Notes under the pieces: model-generated
Told to the model about the DNA's origin: nothing
The model's database searches: none
What the model saw: the letters and a program-made list of their open reading frames with translations, nothing else
NCBI RefSeq assembly: GCF_009914755.1
Contig: NC_060926.1
Length of the DNA: 64,000 nucleotides
Reading direction: 5' to 3' (one strand)
Origin: the human T2T-CHM13v2.0 reference genome, Homo sapiens
Part shown: piece by piece, positions 1 to 14,137 of the stretch
Layout: every line of letters starts with the position of its first letter
How positions within the stretch are numbered: position 1 is the first letter of the stretch
Made by a program: the position numbers and the translations under genes

Positions 1-298
1 GGGGGTTGGCTACTGTAGGCTAGTATAGGATAGCCTCAGCTGCAATGAGGAACGGGGGCTGTGCTCCATGTATCTTCTCGTCCAGCACATTAGTACTATG
101 CACTCATGGCCATGGTGAAGGAGCAAAAGCAGCAGAGCAAGTCTCAATGTGCGGGTGCTTTTCAAACCTCTGCTTGCATCCTATTTGCTAACATCCCATT
201 TGCCAAAGGAAGTCACATGGCTGAGCTCTGCATCAAGGGGTGGAGCAGAACAGAAGGTGGTGAGTGAAGAATTGGGGCCATCAGTGAAATGACTCTAT
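1..298 (-). mobile_element. MLT1-family (ERVL-MaLR) LTR fragment
   Basis: MLT1 hallmark 'cccatttgccaaaggaagtcacatggctgagc' near 196-226; old and diverged, boundaries approximate. Confidence 0.6.
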
Positions 299-729
299 CT
301 GGTGTTTATATCACACCCTTGAGCTTCACTGGCTTAGCTTCATAGTCGGTAGCTCAGCTACAATTCGAGGCAACTCAACTAGATGGCTATTATCCTATTC
401 AGCTTTAAACGTGGAGAAGCCTGTGAGTTCCAGTGGAACCCCACTGCTCTTGAAATCTAACTAAAAGTCACACAATGAGATTCTGATAGGGCCTTTTGTG
501 TTCTACTAATTTTTGTGATTTATGATCTCAACATTCACTAAGGAAAATGAAGTAGGAATAGGTCTTCTGCCTGGGGGTCTGGGGATTTTTTCTCATCTGT
601 ATTCTTCAAAAATTTTGCTTATACTTTTGAACCAGGGTCTTGCTTTCTTAATTTTGTGTTAATGAGTTAGTAGCAGCATTCAGAGGATAAGTTATACAAT
701 CTCTCTTGATGACTGTTGCTGGTTTTATT

Positions 730-1170
730 TACTTATTTATTCATTAAAAAAATTAAGGATCTACTAGGTGCATTTTGATAGGTTCTGGGGTTACAATGGT
801 GAATAAGATAGACATAGTCCCCGTCTATTTGAAATTTATATTCCAGTGGGTGAAATCAGGACTAGAAGCCATAAATAATTGGAATGGACACGCTGTTTCA
901 TACCAGGTGAATCCCAGCTCTAGGGGAGTACAATAAGCAAGAACACAAATAAAGAAACTAAATATTGCGGTTTGTGACACATACTATGAAAAGTCAGTAG
1001 AGAGGAGAGGAAGGCCCACATTGTACGTGTACGGATAGCTAGGCATTTAATTGTGCTATCTCATCTATTAAACTGTGAGTGCTGTTAAAGTAGCAGCCAT
1101 GACTGTCATTTCCTATGTATCTCTATGTGACACCTTGAAATGGTGCTAAGCAGTTGTCAGGCTTCGAATA
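730..1170. mobile_element. L2 3'-end fragments (one minus, one plus)
   Basis: 'ttattcatt...ctggggttacaatggtgaataagatagacatagtccc' (minus) and 'taaactgtgag...aataaatgtagttg' (plus) resemble L2 termini. Confidence 0.5.
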
Positions 1171-3138
1171 AATGTAGTTGTGACCAGCTGACAGGGCATC
1201 CTTGGGTGTTCAGTCACCCATTGCCAAATTTCCTTGTTGGTCACAGTCACAATACACTTCTTGGTTGTAACCCTTTTATTGCCTTTCTTTGTCGTCTTTA
1301 TTTCTTCATGTTTTGCTAGTGTGTGGCTGATAAGGGTCAGAAAGGAAAATGTCAGAGGCAATAGGGTTTAATGAATCAGGGAACTGCTATTAACATAAAA
1401 ATGCCAACTCCACAATTGTGGTATTGTCAGGAGGAAATGGTTTGGTTTCATCAACGGTCAGCCTAGAAGGGAAGAAAACTAGTGTGACCACCCAATGCTA
1501 TATTCAAGAAGAAAGCAGGGGAGCTGTGCTTAGAGACACTGGTTATCAGTGTTCTTCTAGCTTGGGTTTTATCTCCAAGGCTATTTTAAAAATAATTCGG
1601 ACCTCTGAGTACTATGGGAGCTCTGATCTACAAAGTTTAATTCATGTCTAGAGATGGAGCTCATGGGCAAATAAAGTCAGAAGAGAATAGAGAGAAACTC
1701 AGTTAATCAATCAGCTTGCCTGAAACCTCCCACATGGATTTTTCCAGATTTCAGGATGTGATCATAGCTTCCTTGAGGGGCTTCGCCTGTCTCTGGGGGA
1801 ATAGGATACTGGGACACATGACACATTTTTTACTGCTTCTGGAAGTTTTTTTACTTCCTGTGAAAGAATCCTAAGAACAGGGATAGAAAGATGGTGAATG
1901 ACCACACTGATCTTTCTAAGAATGTTTTCAGCTTCGTGGTGGAAAATGATATTTGGCTGGGAAAACTTCACAGCTGATGCTACTAATGCATTCTTGAGAG
2001 TATCCTGTTTGTAGTTTGGTTAGGTCTGGGATTTGATTTCATCCTACTTTAAAGCTAAGAAGTTAGTTTGTTAATGCTTCATGTATGTTAGTAGAAGGCA
2101 AGAAACTCCCAGTCAGAGTCAAAGGACACTATTTCCCAAAGCACATGAAGCAGCATGAGCATCAGCATATTTACAGGGATTCCTCCTTCTCCCAAGCACC
2201 AAGAGGATGATGCAAAGAGCCCAGATGCCACGTGCACATGCAGCGAGTTGTGCAACCGAGAGAAACACTAAACTTTGGAATTCACTGCTTCTACAGCAAG
2301 CAATAAGCAAGCCTGATCTTATCCCAGAAGAAGACATGTCCCCATCACTCAAGGTTGCTTGCTTACTGCAAATAAAACTGAGAAATGGCCCAGGTAAAAG
2401 TGGTCAGGGCCTTGCATCCTTGGCCCAGCTAGGAAGATGTGCAGGAGAAAAAGAGGTTCTAAAGGACTGTCTCCCAGTAGGTTTTATGTGCCAGTTTGAA
2501 TCCTATGAAATTGCTGCTTTTGTGGGTCAACAAAATTCAAGTATTGGTGATTTTACATGGTTCAATTTAAGATTCTCTCAGTGCTAATCAAAGTATGTTT
2601 ATAATGCCTCCTTTTTTATTTTTAGGAAGTTTGACTATTCTGCCTTTTCTGTTACTATTTCTGTCTTTCCACCAAACTCTATCAGTGCTTTTTCCATAAC
2701 TATTCCTACAAAGGATCTAGATCTTCTTGACTTACAGGTGAATTTAGAGTTTAAAATGATGCAAAATAATAAATGCAGGTGATATACAAGCTTCTAGCTC
2801 TAGGGTTTTTTTTTTTTTTACAGCACTGTCAAAGTGAGTTATATTTTTGTTTTCACTATGTATGACCAAGCTCCTATTTCTCTTCCTTATGCAGTTTATC
2901 AGTCTCCTGATATGTTATTAAAAATATATTCTTTACACCACCCCAGTATTATTCATATCTTATGTATATCATTTGAATCTGGTATAAATTTATTATGTCA
3001 CTAAGAGAAGCCCACTGCCCAAGAACATAAAATTGCAGTACTAAATACAGAGTTTAAAAAAAAACTATTAATAATTATTAATTTATTTTATGATGTGCAG
3101 CGATTGAAATATTTTATGTGTATTATCTTGTGTGAAGA

Positions 3139-3689
3139 TGTTACCAGAAAGTCCCAATCCAGACCCCAAGAGAGGGTTCCTGGATCTCACGCAAGAAAGA
3201 ATTTAGGGCAAGTCCATAGAGTAAAGTGAAAGCAAGTTTATTAAGAAAGTGAAGGAACAAAAGAATGGCTACTCCATAGACAGAGCAGCCCCAAAGACTG
3301 CTGGTTGCCCATTTTTATGGTTATTTCTTGATGATATGCTAAACAAGGGGTGGATTATTCATGCCTCCCCTTTTTAGACCATGTAGGGTACCTTCCTGAT
3401 GTTGCTATGGCATTTGTAAACTGTCATGGTGCTGGTGGGAGTATAGCAGTGAGGACGACCAGCGGTCACTCTCGTCGCCATCTTGGTTTTGGTGGGTTTT
3501 GGCTAGCTTCTTTATTGCAACCTGTTTTATTAGCAAGGTCTTTATGACCTGTACCTTGTGCAGACCTCCTATCTCATCCTGTGACTTAGAATGCCTTAAC
3601 CTTCTGGGAATGCAGCCCAGTAGGTCTCAGCCTTATTTTACTCAGACCCTATTCAAGATGGAGTTGCTCTGGTTCACACACCTCTGACA
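3139..3689 (-). mobile_element. MER41A solo LTR (ERV1), inserted into a MIR
   Basis: Reverse complement begins TGTCAGAGG..GAACCAGAGCAACTCCATCTTG and ends GGTAACA; lacks the MER41B tandem-GAS block; MIR-like sequence continues on both sides. Confidence 0.9.
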
Positions 3690-3780
3690 ATACTCATAAG
3701 AATCTTGAGTTAGATATTTTATTTATTTGATGAAGAAACTGAGACAGAGAGGTTAAGAATATGCCCACCCACGGGCACAC

Positions 3781-4100
<320 letters not shown>

Positions 4101-4159
4101 TAATTTTATTGGAATAGGGATTTTCCAGTTTTAGGATGTCAGAAGTACTCTCTAATGGA

Positions 4160-5035
4160 TACTGCCAGTGCTTTGCCAAAACTCCTTCAGGTAACTTCTC
4201 CTGCATCGCTCTCCATCTTTGACGTGTTTTTGCCTCCAATGGCTCATACTCATGACTTTTTCCAGTGGCTACCCTTGAGCTACTGCATGTACTTTGCCTG
4301 CAGCTACAGGGAGTTAGAAGTGTGTGACAGTGACACCTGTTAGAAGAAAATCTTTAGTCAGATTAAAGTTAACAGATTTTAAGTGAGCAAGGAATGATTC
4401 ACGAATCAGGCAGACTCCTGAGCTAGAGTAGGCTCAGAGAGACTCTGGCAAAGTCACATAGTGGAAAAAGATTTATAGACAGAAAAAGGAAAGTGACATA
4501 TAGAAAACCCAAAGTGAGGTACAGAAACAGTCAGATTGGTTACAGCATGTCCTTTGCCTTATTTGAACACAGTTTGAACAGTTGGCCCCCTTTGATTGGC
4601 CAAAACTCTGTGATTGGCACAAGAGTAGGTTACAGTCTGTTTATACCTCCATTTAGGTTATGGCTCACTATGTACAAAGAAACCTTTAGGATGAACTTAA
4701 AATATGTAAGAAAGCAGCTTTAGGCTAAACTTGATTTAATACATCCACCACCAGAAACCCCCAGTCTCTGCTTAGAGGGTAACGGATGAGTCCAGGGGTG
4801 TGAAAGCCCAGTTCTCTTGCAGTGGGAAGTGTAACTATTTCCAGAGATAGTGTGGGATAAGGTTAAACTTACTCTCCAAAGAACTTGCCTTGAGGTTGCA
4901 CCCTTGCTTGGCTTCCTCCCTTTCTTTGTCTTGCTTCCTCACTCCCGTACTAGTTTATTTTGGGAGTACCTCCTTAATAAATCACTTATGCATGACTCCT
5001 CACATCTGGACCTGCCTCTAGGGAACCCAATGTAA
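4160..5035 (+). mobile_element. LTR16-like ERVL LTR split by a younger LTR
   Basis: 3' end 'ccttaataaatcactt...ctgcctctagggaaccc' typical of LTR16; left boundary approximate. Confidence 0.6.
4338..4741 (-). mobile_element. MER57/MER93-type ERV1 solo LTR
   Basis: Reverse complement starts 'tattaaatcaagtttagcctaaagctgc..ttacatattttaagttc'; multiple CCAAT boxes; imperfect cacc/catc TSD. Confidence 0.75.
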
Positions 5036-5984
5036 TTGTCAGTGTTTTAGAATTATTACCAAAACATCATAAGTTTTTAATTTCCTAAAATAACCTTTAA
5101 TACAAGTATTACTATTATTCAATATTCAGAATATGCCTGGAGATTACAAATGTTGTATGAATCTATTTTGAATATTTTCTCATTCTAGAATATGAAGTCT
5201 TCTTCCAGATAAGACTTTCATTTCAGCATAACATATATTTTTAGTTGAACCTCTTGTTGAAGGCACAGTAAAAAAAAGATTAGTCTTTATGGACTTGTAA
5301 ATTTTAAAGTATTTGGTGTTATGATAAGACTTTATGAGAAAATAATAGCCACTTATTATAGTTTTCCACTCTACTGTAATCAAGACTGCATAGTCTTTTC
5401 TCAGCTACTCTGAAAAAGGACTTTTATTTCTGTCTCAGGATTTATTCATTTAAAATAATTAAAAAATAAAGCTCCAAAGAGCTTTAATGCTGAGTGTATT
5501 AAGTCTTATCCTGCCAACATGTTCCTTTCCTACAGAGCTCTTATTATGTTTTTGCTGAGGATTTAAGAAAAAGAAAAACATTTTTGAAAGTCAGCTCCAA
5601 AATGATGCTTCCAATAAAAGATGAACAGTGTCCTTTTTATTTACATAGATGGTGCAAAAGCAACCACAGAGACACAAAGGAGGCAAAGAGTAATGTGTCT
5701 TCCCATTATGAGTTTGAACCCACAAAAACCCAGTTGACTAGATAGAGGATCTTGAGAAGGTGAGGTGTAAAGTCAGGTTAGGATCAGGTGGTTGAAGAGC
5801 CTGAATGCCAGACCAGAGTCTAAACATTCTCCCTATAGGCTGTGGTGAGTACTAGCAGAAGTAGTAAAGCAGTAAAGAGGCAGAGGGAGTAAAGAGTAAG
5901 GATTACTCTGGAAGGATGATCTAAGGTGAAATAATTAGAGGGAAGAAGTCAGGAAAAACCGTTCAGAAAATATTATGCTGGGCA

Positions 5985-6691
5985 TGTAACCACCCAATGG
6001 GTTCATTTTGCCCCCTGCCTAGATAGAGCTCCTTTACCAAGACAGGGGAATTACAATAGAGAAAGAGCTTAATATACATAGAGCTGGCTAAACGGGAAAT
6101 GGGAGTTTTATTATTACTCAAAGCAGCCACCCTGAAAATTTGGAGGCTAGAGTTTTTCAAGGATAGTTTGGGAGGCAGGAGGCTAGGACAAGGGGAATGC
6201 TGATTGGTTGGGCATGCAATCATAGGGGTATGGAAAATGGCCCCCACGTGCTGAGTCTACTTCTGGGTGGGGGCCACAGAGGAGTCACTAGTCCAGGTGA
6301 GGCATCATCAGAAATGCAAAAGCCTGAAAAGACATCTCGAAGGGCCAATCTTAAGTTTTACAATAGAGGTGTTATTTACAGAAGTAATTGGGGAAGTTGA
6401 AAACCTTACGACCTTCAAAATAATGGCTGGTAATCTAAGGCCTACATCTTAGCATAAATCAGGCCCCTCATACTCCTAATATGGTGGCCTTCCATTAGTT
6501 TTACAAAGGTGGTTTAGTTGGGGAAGGGCTATTATCATTTAAACTATAAACTAAATTTTTCCCAAAGTTAGCTTGGCCCAGGAATGACCAAGGGCATTTT
6601 GGAAGTTAAAGGCAAGATGGAGTTAGTTAGATGAAACCCCTTTCACTGCCATAATTTTCTCACTATTATGATTTTTGCCAAGGTGGTTTCA
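5985..6691 (-). mobile_element. LTR8-family solo LTR (ERV1)
   Basis: tgtaacc... to ...ggtggtttca termini; reverse complement starts TGAAACC.CCTT.GCAAAA; similar to 42537-43264. Confidence 0.8.
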
Positions 6692-7384
6692 TACACACAT
6701 GAATTGAATAACAACTAAGTTGAGTTGGTGGCCACAGAAATTTCCATTCTTTCCCCACAAAGGGACAGAAATCAGAGAGGTTATTCAGAAGGATTCAAGT
6801 ATTATAAGATCATGAGAACTTGTCTTCAATCATCTTTGTTTCATCCCTGAGAAAGTATAATAATGCTGAAAATTGACTTATAGACCTACAGAAGCCAGAA
6901 GGGAAGCAGAATGGAAAAATGAGGAGCCATGTGTTTTCAGATAGGAAATAGGAAATGCAGAATTGTCACGCTGAGGTGTCAGTTGAAATTCAGGGTTAGT
7001 TTTCAATCTTATAGTCAGGTGTTGAGTCACATGCAACCTTCATTTCAAGCTCATATTTCAAACCTCATTCAATATGGAAACTTGAAAAAGCTTTTAAAAA
7101 ATTAAAAACTATAATCTCCATCAGTTTCCTCTTAGACATACGCTAATTCACCCTATGGCATTTCCTTTATAATTAGGTTTGCAAGTCTATCACTTTAAAG
7201 GTTGACTATTTTCTCAAAGGCTGTTGCTTCAAAGATTTGTTGTGCAGGAGAATTCTTATTTCAAATAAAAATTTACCTTGAAGCATAAAATATAAGTCAG
7301 ATAAAAACAGAACTGCTCTGATTTGGGAAGGCTGGGTAATGGGTCTAAAGATACTACCTGTCCCCCAATTTCCCTGCAGACCTG

Positions 7385-7885
7385 AAGCACTTACTACTCA
7401 AATTGTGGTCCAGGGCCAGTGGCATTAGTTTTAGATGAAAGCTTGCTCAAAAATCAAATTTTTCAACATCAGAACTTGCATTTAACAAAATCCCTAGGTA
7501 ATTTGATGCTCTTGAAAATTTAGGTAGCACAGCTTTAGAGTGCAGACATCACCTGGAAAGTTTGTTAAAACACAGATTCTTGTCCATATCAATAGATCAG
7601 TGGTAGAGCATGAGAATCTGCATGTTTAACAAGCTCCCAGGTGATGCTGATATTGCTGGTCCTCAGACTACTGCACATCAAGTGGCAAGAAGCTAGAGTA
7701 GTGATTCTCCACTGTTAGTGGGCATCAAAATCATCTGGAAGGCTTGTTAAAACCTGAGCTGGTGGGTTCCATCTCCCCATCAGAGTTTCTGATTCAGCAG
7801 TGGGACAGAAGGCGGGAATGTGGAGAATCTTCATATCTAACAAGTTCCCAGGCAATGTTGATGCTGTTTCTCTGGGGAACGCAAT
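7385..7885. mobile_element. Cluster of three MER5-type (hAT-Charlie) DNA transposon fossils
   Basis: Repeated MER5 motifs 'catcacctgg..gcttgttaaaa', 'tgcatgtttaacaagctcccaggtgatgctgat', 'tctaacaagttcccaggcaatgttgatgctg'. Confidence 0.7.
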
Positions 7886-8460
7886 AGAGCATTTGGCTCA
7901 TAATTAGGAAAAGTTGCCACTAGGTAAGCAGAGGTATCTTGATTTAGTTTTCGAATAAAAAGAAGTAAAATACAAAAGAAAGACAAAAGTTTCTGCCCTT
8001 AAGGATCTTAGAGTCTAGTTCAAAATGCAGAAAAGTAAACAAACACCTCACAAAATGGTAAGTACTAAAATGAAGAGCACGTGCAAGCAACTAGCGGAGA
8101 AGAGCCATTAACTCAACCTCTGTGGGGCGGGCATAGGAGCGGGCTAGGGAAGGGTTCATTAGTTTTCTTAGAATGTGAGAAAAACTTGGAAGTAGTCTGA
8201 TTGCTTAAATGATCTGCACTCTGTACAAGACACAATCTTCAATTTGAGATCCTGATAATAGCCATGGACATACCAGTTAATTTTACATTTGTAATTAAAA
8301 ATAATCTCAGCATCTTTTATGAGGCAGGATGCGGTAGTTGGGGAGGAGTGTTGAGAATCAGGGGTTTGCAGCAGAAGCAATGGAGAAGGGGCTAAACCTG
8401 AACATGCCCTCCCTCAGAGTGGGGAAGAGGCTGGAATTAAATCATAGTCAAGAAACAACC

Positions 8461-8797
<337 letters not shown>

Positions 8798-9294
8798 TCA
8801 GAAAGTCAAGCATCTGATGTTAGCTCCTGTTCCCAAATTCATTGGTTCATATAACTAAAAGATCTGAAGGGAGTTCAAGAATAAAAGAATCCAGAGATTC
8901 CAAAGATGTTATCAGAGTTTAATGAGTTTCCCTATTTTAATTTTGCATCAGATCTTTTTCTGTTGGTTTTATTGAAGCAGGCTCTTTCCATGTGAGAGCA
9001 AAATGCAACCCCTGCTCTTATTGTCCTTCCGCCCATCCCCTGCAGCTCTAGTCCTGGATCCTATCCTCTCCACAACCCTGGAAAAAAAGTGTTTCTCTTT
9101 TGTAGTGATTCCAGTACAATTCCCAAAGAGGGACTGAATGGGCCTCCATGAGTCAAGAAGTTGGAATATGCTGTTGTCCCAGCCCAGGTCACATGTTCAC
9201 TCATAGACCAGCTTCCCAAACCACGTAGGTTGAGATAGGAAATAAAATCAGGCCGCTTATGTTGGAAGAAGAGTGAGTAGACACTGGTCAGTTA

Positions 9295-9600
<306 letters not shown>

Positions 9601-9929
9601 AAAAAAGCAACAGCTTCCCCCTAACCCAGAAAAAGCACAGGGCCTTTCTACAAGTCTCAGAGTTCACCCTAGCAGATTCTAAGTGTCATATTCTCAAAAA
9701 GAAGGTAAAATCATTTATTTCTCAACTATGTGCTGGGCATACATTCAAAATTAGGTTCAGGATTCCCCAGAGCAAAGCCAAAGTCCATTCTACTCACTGT
9801 GTCTGCTTAATTGTAGCAACCATGCCTCTGTGCCCTTACACAAAATCTTCAGGAATCTATTTTCATGAACCATTCCCAGGATTCAGGTAAGTGAGAGACA
9901 CTCTAGGGAAGCGTTAACATCAAAAACTC

Positions 9930-10105
9930 TGAAGCCATATTGCCCAGGTAAAGCTCCGCCCAGTCACTTCATGGCTGTGTACCTGGGCAAGTCGCAGAAC
10001 ATGTTTGTGTCTCAACTGCCTCATTGATAAACTGTGGATAAGAGGACCTACCTTACACTGCTGTTGGGGAGATTAGGTAGGTTAACGTTTGTAAAGTGCT
10101 TTGAA
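9930..10105 (+). mobile_element. MIR
   Basis: Core 'ctgggcaagtcgcagaac..tgtctcaactgcctcat..taaact..ggataa'. Confidence 0.6.
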
Positions 10106-11299
10106 TGATGATTTTCCATGACAGAGTGACTTGTCCACCCTAGACCACCTACTCTAATCACAATGTAAGAGCTTAGTAAATATTAGGAGTTAAGACTATT
10201 AATACTAATGATACTGTCAGAAAATGTGGTGTCTGATGCTCCTGCCACAAGAAAGCCTATGTTCCCAAATCACTTTCATTAGGGTTTTTCTCTAGGGCTA
10301 AATACAGAGAGCATGTCCAAACAGGTGCTATGGCAGAACCCTGATTCAGCTTTGTTTTCCCGGAGCTGAGCTGAAGCAAGGTGTTATCTGAGCTTTTCAG
10401 ATGTGTGTCTCTGAAGGTCCAGGATTTTCAAAAGATGAACGTTTAAATCTACTTTCAGTGTGAGGCCAGGGAACAGAAGAGAAGTGGAAATATCCTTGGC
10501 CATTTCTTGTAGGTGCCCAACCCAGGGATCTGCTTATTGCAAATATTCCTGTGGCCCCTCCTTTCTCCCCAAATTAACCAGGATGCCCAAAACTTGAACC
10601 CAGGCTTGCAAAGAAAACTAGCTACAAGAGGCATTTTTAATTAAGTGCTGTTAAGATCACTTTGGCAGTGGTGATGGGGTTTCACAGATATTATTAAATA
10701 ATAGAAAAAATGTGTATACATTTTTCTGGAAGAAGCATACAGACATTTTCACATTTTAAAAATATTTTTCAAAGAGTCTGTAACCCCCCTTTCAAAAGAT
10801 AAGAACTGCTGACTCAGAGGGATACTAGTTGAATTTAAGCAATTCAGGTAATTAACTGAAATCAATCAATTCAATTAATGAGAATATGTTCTTATTTGCC
10901 TGATAATCATATTTTTGTTATTTTAAAGGAAAGCTGTTGATAGAGAAATGTTATCCCATTATTTTTCATGATGATGGGACTGATATCTCCCCAGATGTAT
11001 TTTTGCTTTTCTAGCCAAAACCTGACAGCTAGCCTCCTCTAGTCAGCAGGGTTGCTTCGAAGACACAGTTGTGTGTGCTGGTCTTCATTTGCTGTGAGTC
11101 TAAATGGAAACCTATAGGTGCTTTTCTGTGTCTTTGGTGTTTTCTGAAAATATCTCATTAGACATCTCAACATGCTGGTAAGGTGGAATCTCAAACAATC
11201 ACCACATAGCAATAGGGCCGAAGAACTCAGGGCTTCCTCCACTCCAACACTCTGCCTGTGCATGTGACTTCTGCTCCAAGTCCTTGGTCCAGTCCTTAA

Positions 11300-11429
11300 C
11301 CCATTTATGCCTGAGGTTGCAATTTTTTGAATTTTTGCCATCAGACCTTGGCAATGACCTTGAGCAGTGGGATATAAATAACTTCCACATGGTTAGCGTT
11401 GCAATAATGGAACGCTAGGCATAATGATG
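11300..11429 (-). mobile_element. MER85 (non-autonomous piggyBac/PGBD3 MITE)
   Basis: TTAA followed by TIR CCCATTTATGCCT; body 'gaggttgcaattttttgaatttttgc..cagaccttggc..gaccttgagcag'; the other end is degenerate. Confidence 0.9.
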
Positions 11430-11613
11430 TAAATAATGTTGGCACTTCTTCCAGAGATCCCGAGGGCAGGATCCTACTGGTGCCAGGCACTCATTTACAG
11501 TAAGCAGCGTCTGTTACCAGCCTCAGGAGCAGAAGGTGAGAGTAATGATCACGGATCTCTGCACCAGTGGCTTCCCCAACCTAGTTACTTGTTTGTAATT
11601 AAGATGACAATGC

Positions 11614-11943
<330 letters not shown>

Positions 11944-13018
11944 TCACTTCCTTCAGGAATTAGTACATTCCAATTTGAAGGGACAGGAGAAGATGGCTAG
12001 GTGTGCCCAGATCTTGGATTCTAAAGACAGAAGGCCATGAACAAGTGCTTGTTTTCTGGTTGGTGGCATTGGAGGAAGGATGATAGCAGGCGCCGCACAC
12101 AGAGGGTTTTCCAGGAGGTGGCAGTGCGCCCTAAGGCTGGATCTTGGCTGTGCCTGCCTTGTGTATCAACCAAAGAATATTGTAATTGAGACATAACATT
12201 ATAATGCATTCCAGACCACACAGCTACTCGAGTGTCACCTCAAAATGCTTCTTACTAGTTTCAAAGTCACTGTAACCAGGGTAGGGAGCTGGAAGCGAGG
12301 TAGAGGGTGGGAAGAAATGGGAGGGAGCTCTTGGAGACAAATCCGGCAGCGACACTTAGCATTGCTGTGAATGGAGTTTCAATACCATCAGACCAGGAGA
12401 TACCCTGATGCATATTTACAACTGCTCCCACGTTCACCTCTGAAGACCAATAAAAGAAACTGAAGGACTCATATTGTCTCCATTTTAATTCCCAGGTTTA
12501 CAAGAAATATTTCATTATTCTAATTCACAGGGAAATAAAGCATCTTCCCTTTTTAAATGAAAGGTCTCCTTGTTCAGGGTGAAGAGCAAATCAAATCAGT
12601 CTCTCCCCTGAGAGGTAAGGTTGGCCCCAGATACCAGACTGTGAGGTGAATGGCCACGTGTGGATGATGGTGATGGGAGGAGGGAGGAGAAAAAAGAACA
12701 CTGGGTGTTGACCAGATCGTGCGTGTGAAACACACATAAGAGATGTATTCACACGGAGTCCATCACAGGCAGGGCAGATTGACTCTGTAATTTCCAATGC
12801 CTGACAATGACATCTCGGGACAGACTAAGTGATGGAGGAATAAGAGGGAGGCTAGGCAGGTGTCTTTCCCCTGCAATAGGCTGTTGGCTGGGGTGCTGGT
12901 TTACGCAGGCACATTTACAGAAATGAAAGAGCTGGATAAGATCAGAGCAAGGAGTGCTACAATGACTCCTTAGTGTTGTCACATCGTTTACTAGACACAT
13001 TTCTCGCTTGGGAGCCTG

Positions 13019-13032
13019 ACTTCCTGTTTACA
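13019..13032 (-). promoter_or_regulatory. FOX::ETS composite motif (TGTAAACAGGAAGT)
   Basis: Plus strand acttcctgtttaca gives overlapping consensus forkhead (TGTTTAC) and ETS (GGAAGT) sites; function is inferred. Confidence 0.4.
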
Positions 13033-14137
13033 CAGTTCTTATTTGTATTTTTTTGTTTATAGCTCCTTGGACTTAGCCAGAGACCTCCATATGGATGAGA
13101 GAAGAGTAAAGTCAGCCAGGTGGATTGCTTGGGAAATCTGTGCAAATGAAAATGATACTTAAAGAAAAAAAGCCCAGCCTTTAAATGCCTTTGAATTCAT
13201 CCAGAGTCTGTATGTGGTTTCCCTTTAATTTAGAAAACTAGTTGCTTTCTGATTTCCTCAACCCTCTTGCACTGGAACTTTGTTCTATATTCTCCGCAAA
13301 TCCCTTCTTCTGCAAAACTCTCTTTATTCAGCTCTCTTACCTAATTCTAAGAGTGATCCATGTTGAGAACGCACAGAAGTAGTGTTTCCATGCCTTGCTG
13401 GTAGCAATCAAAATATACCTGCCTTTCCCATGGCCGAGTGATGTTTTTAAAGCTAAAAAACAAAGCAGACAAACAAGCAAAACATTTACACACCAAAAAA
13501 CTGGTTTTCAGTGCTGGGGTGATGTTCTTCCTATGGCCCTCTGCCAAGAGGCCAGGCCTTCCTAGCAGCGACCAGACTGCTTTCTGGACAAGTAGGGAGA
13601 AGTGCCTATTTTGCAGAGAGTGGGAAACCATTCACCAAGTGCAGAACTGGGTTATTTAATGGGGTGGTGGCAGCTCAAGAAAGCTCATCAATAATCAAGA
13701 GAGGGGGGCAGGAAGGGGAAGACTGGAGAATTACTGAAGCAGGTGGGCTTTCAGCATGGGGACTCAGCAGAAGGCAGGAGTGGAATGTAGACTCCTCTGG
13801 GCAGCGCAAGACACAGAATGTTCAGATTCCCACAGAAGAGTAATGTGCAAGAGGTGAGATGCAGTACATTCCCTAGAGGCAATGAAATCATCAAGAAAAC
13901 CTATAAACATTATGGTGAGGTGGCAAGGTCCTATAAACAAAATAAGTACACATTGGATAGATCACAGAGAAAATGCATGTTAACTCTTTGCAACCCGTAC
14001 AATAACAGGAATCCCAAACAGAGCACACAGCTAGAACTCTTAAGACATGCAACAGTCCTAATGAGATACCAACTACCCACTCTAGTGAGAGGAATGCATG
14101 GTCTACCCTCAGCTCATTATGATGTTTATGATTCCTG

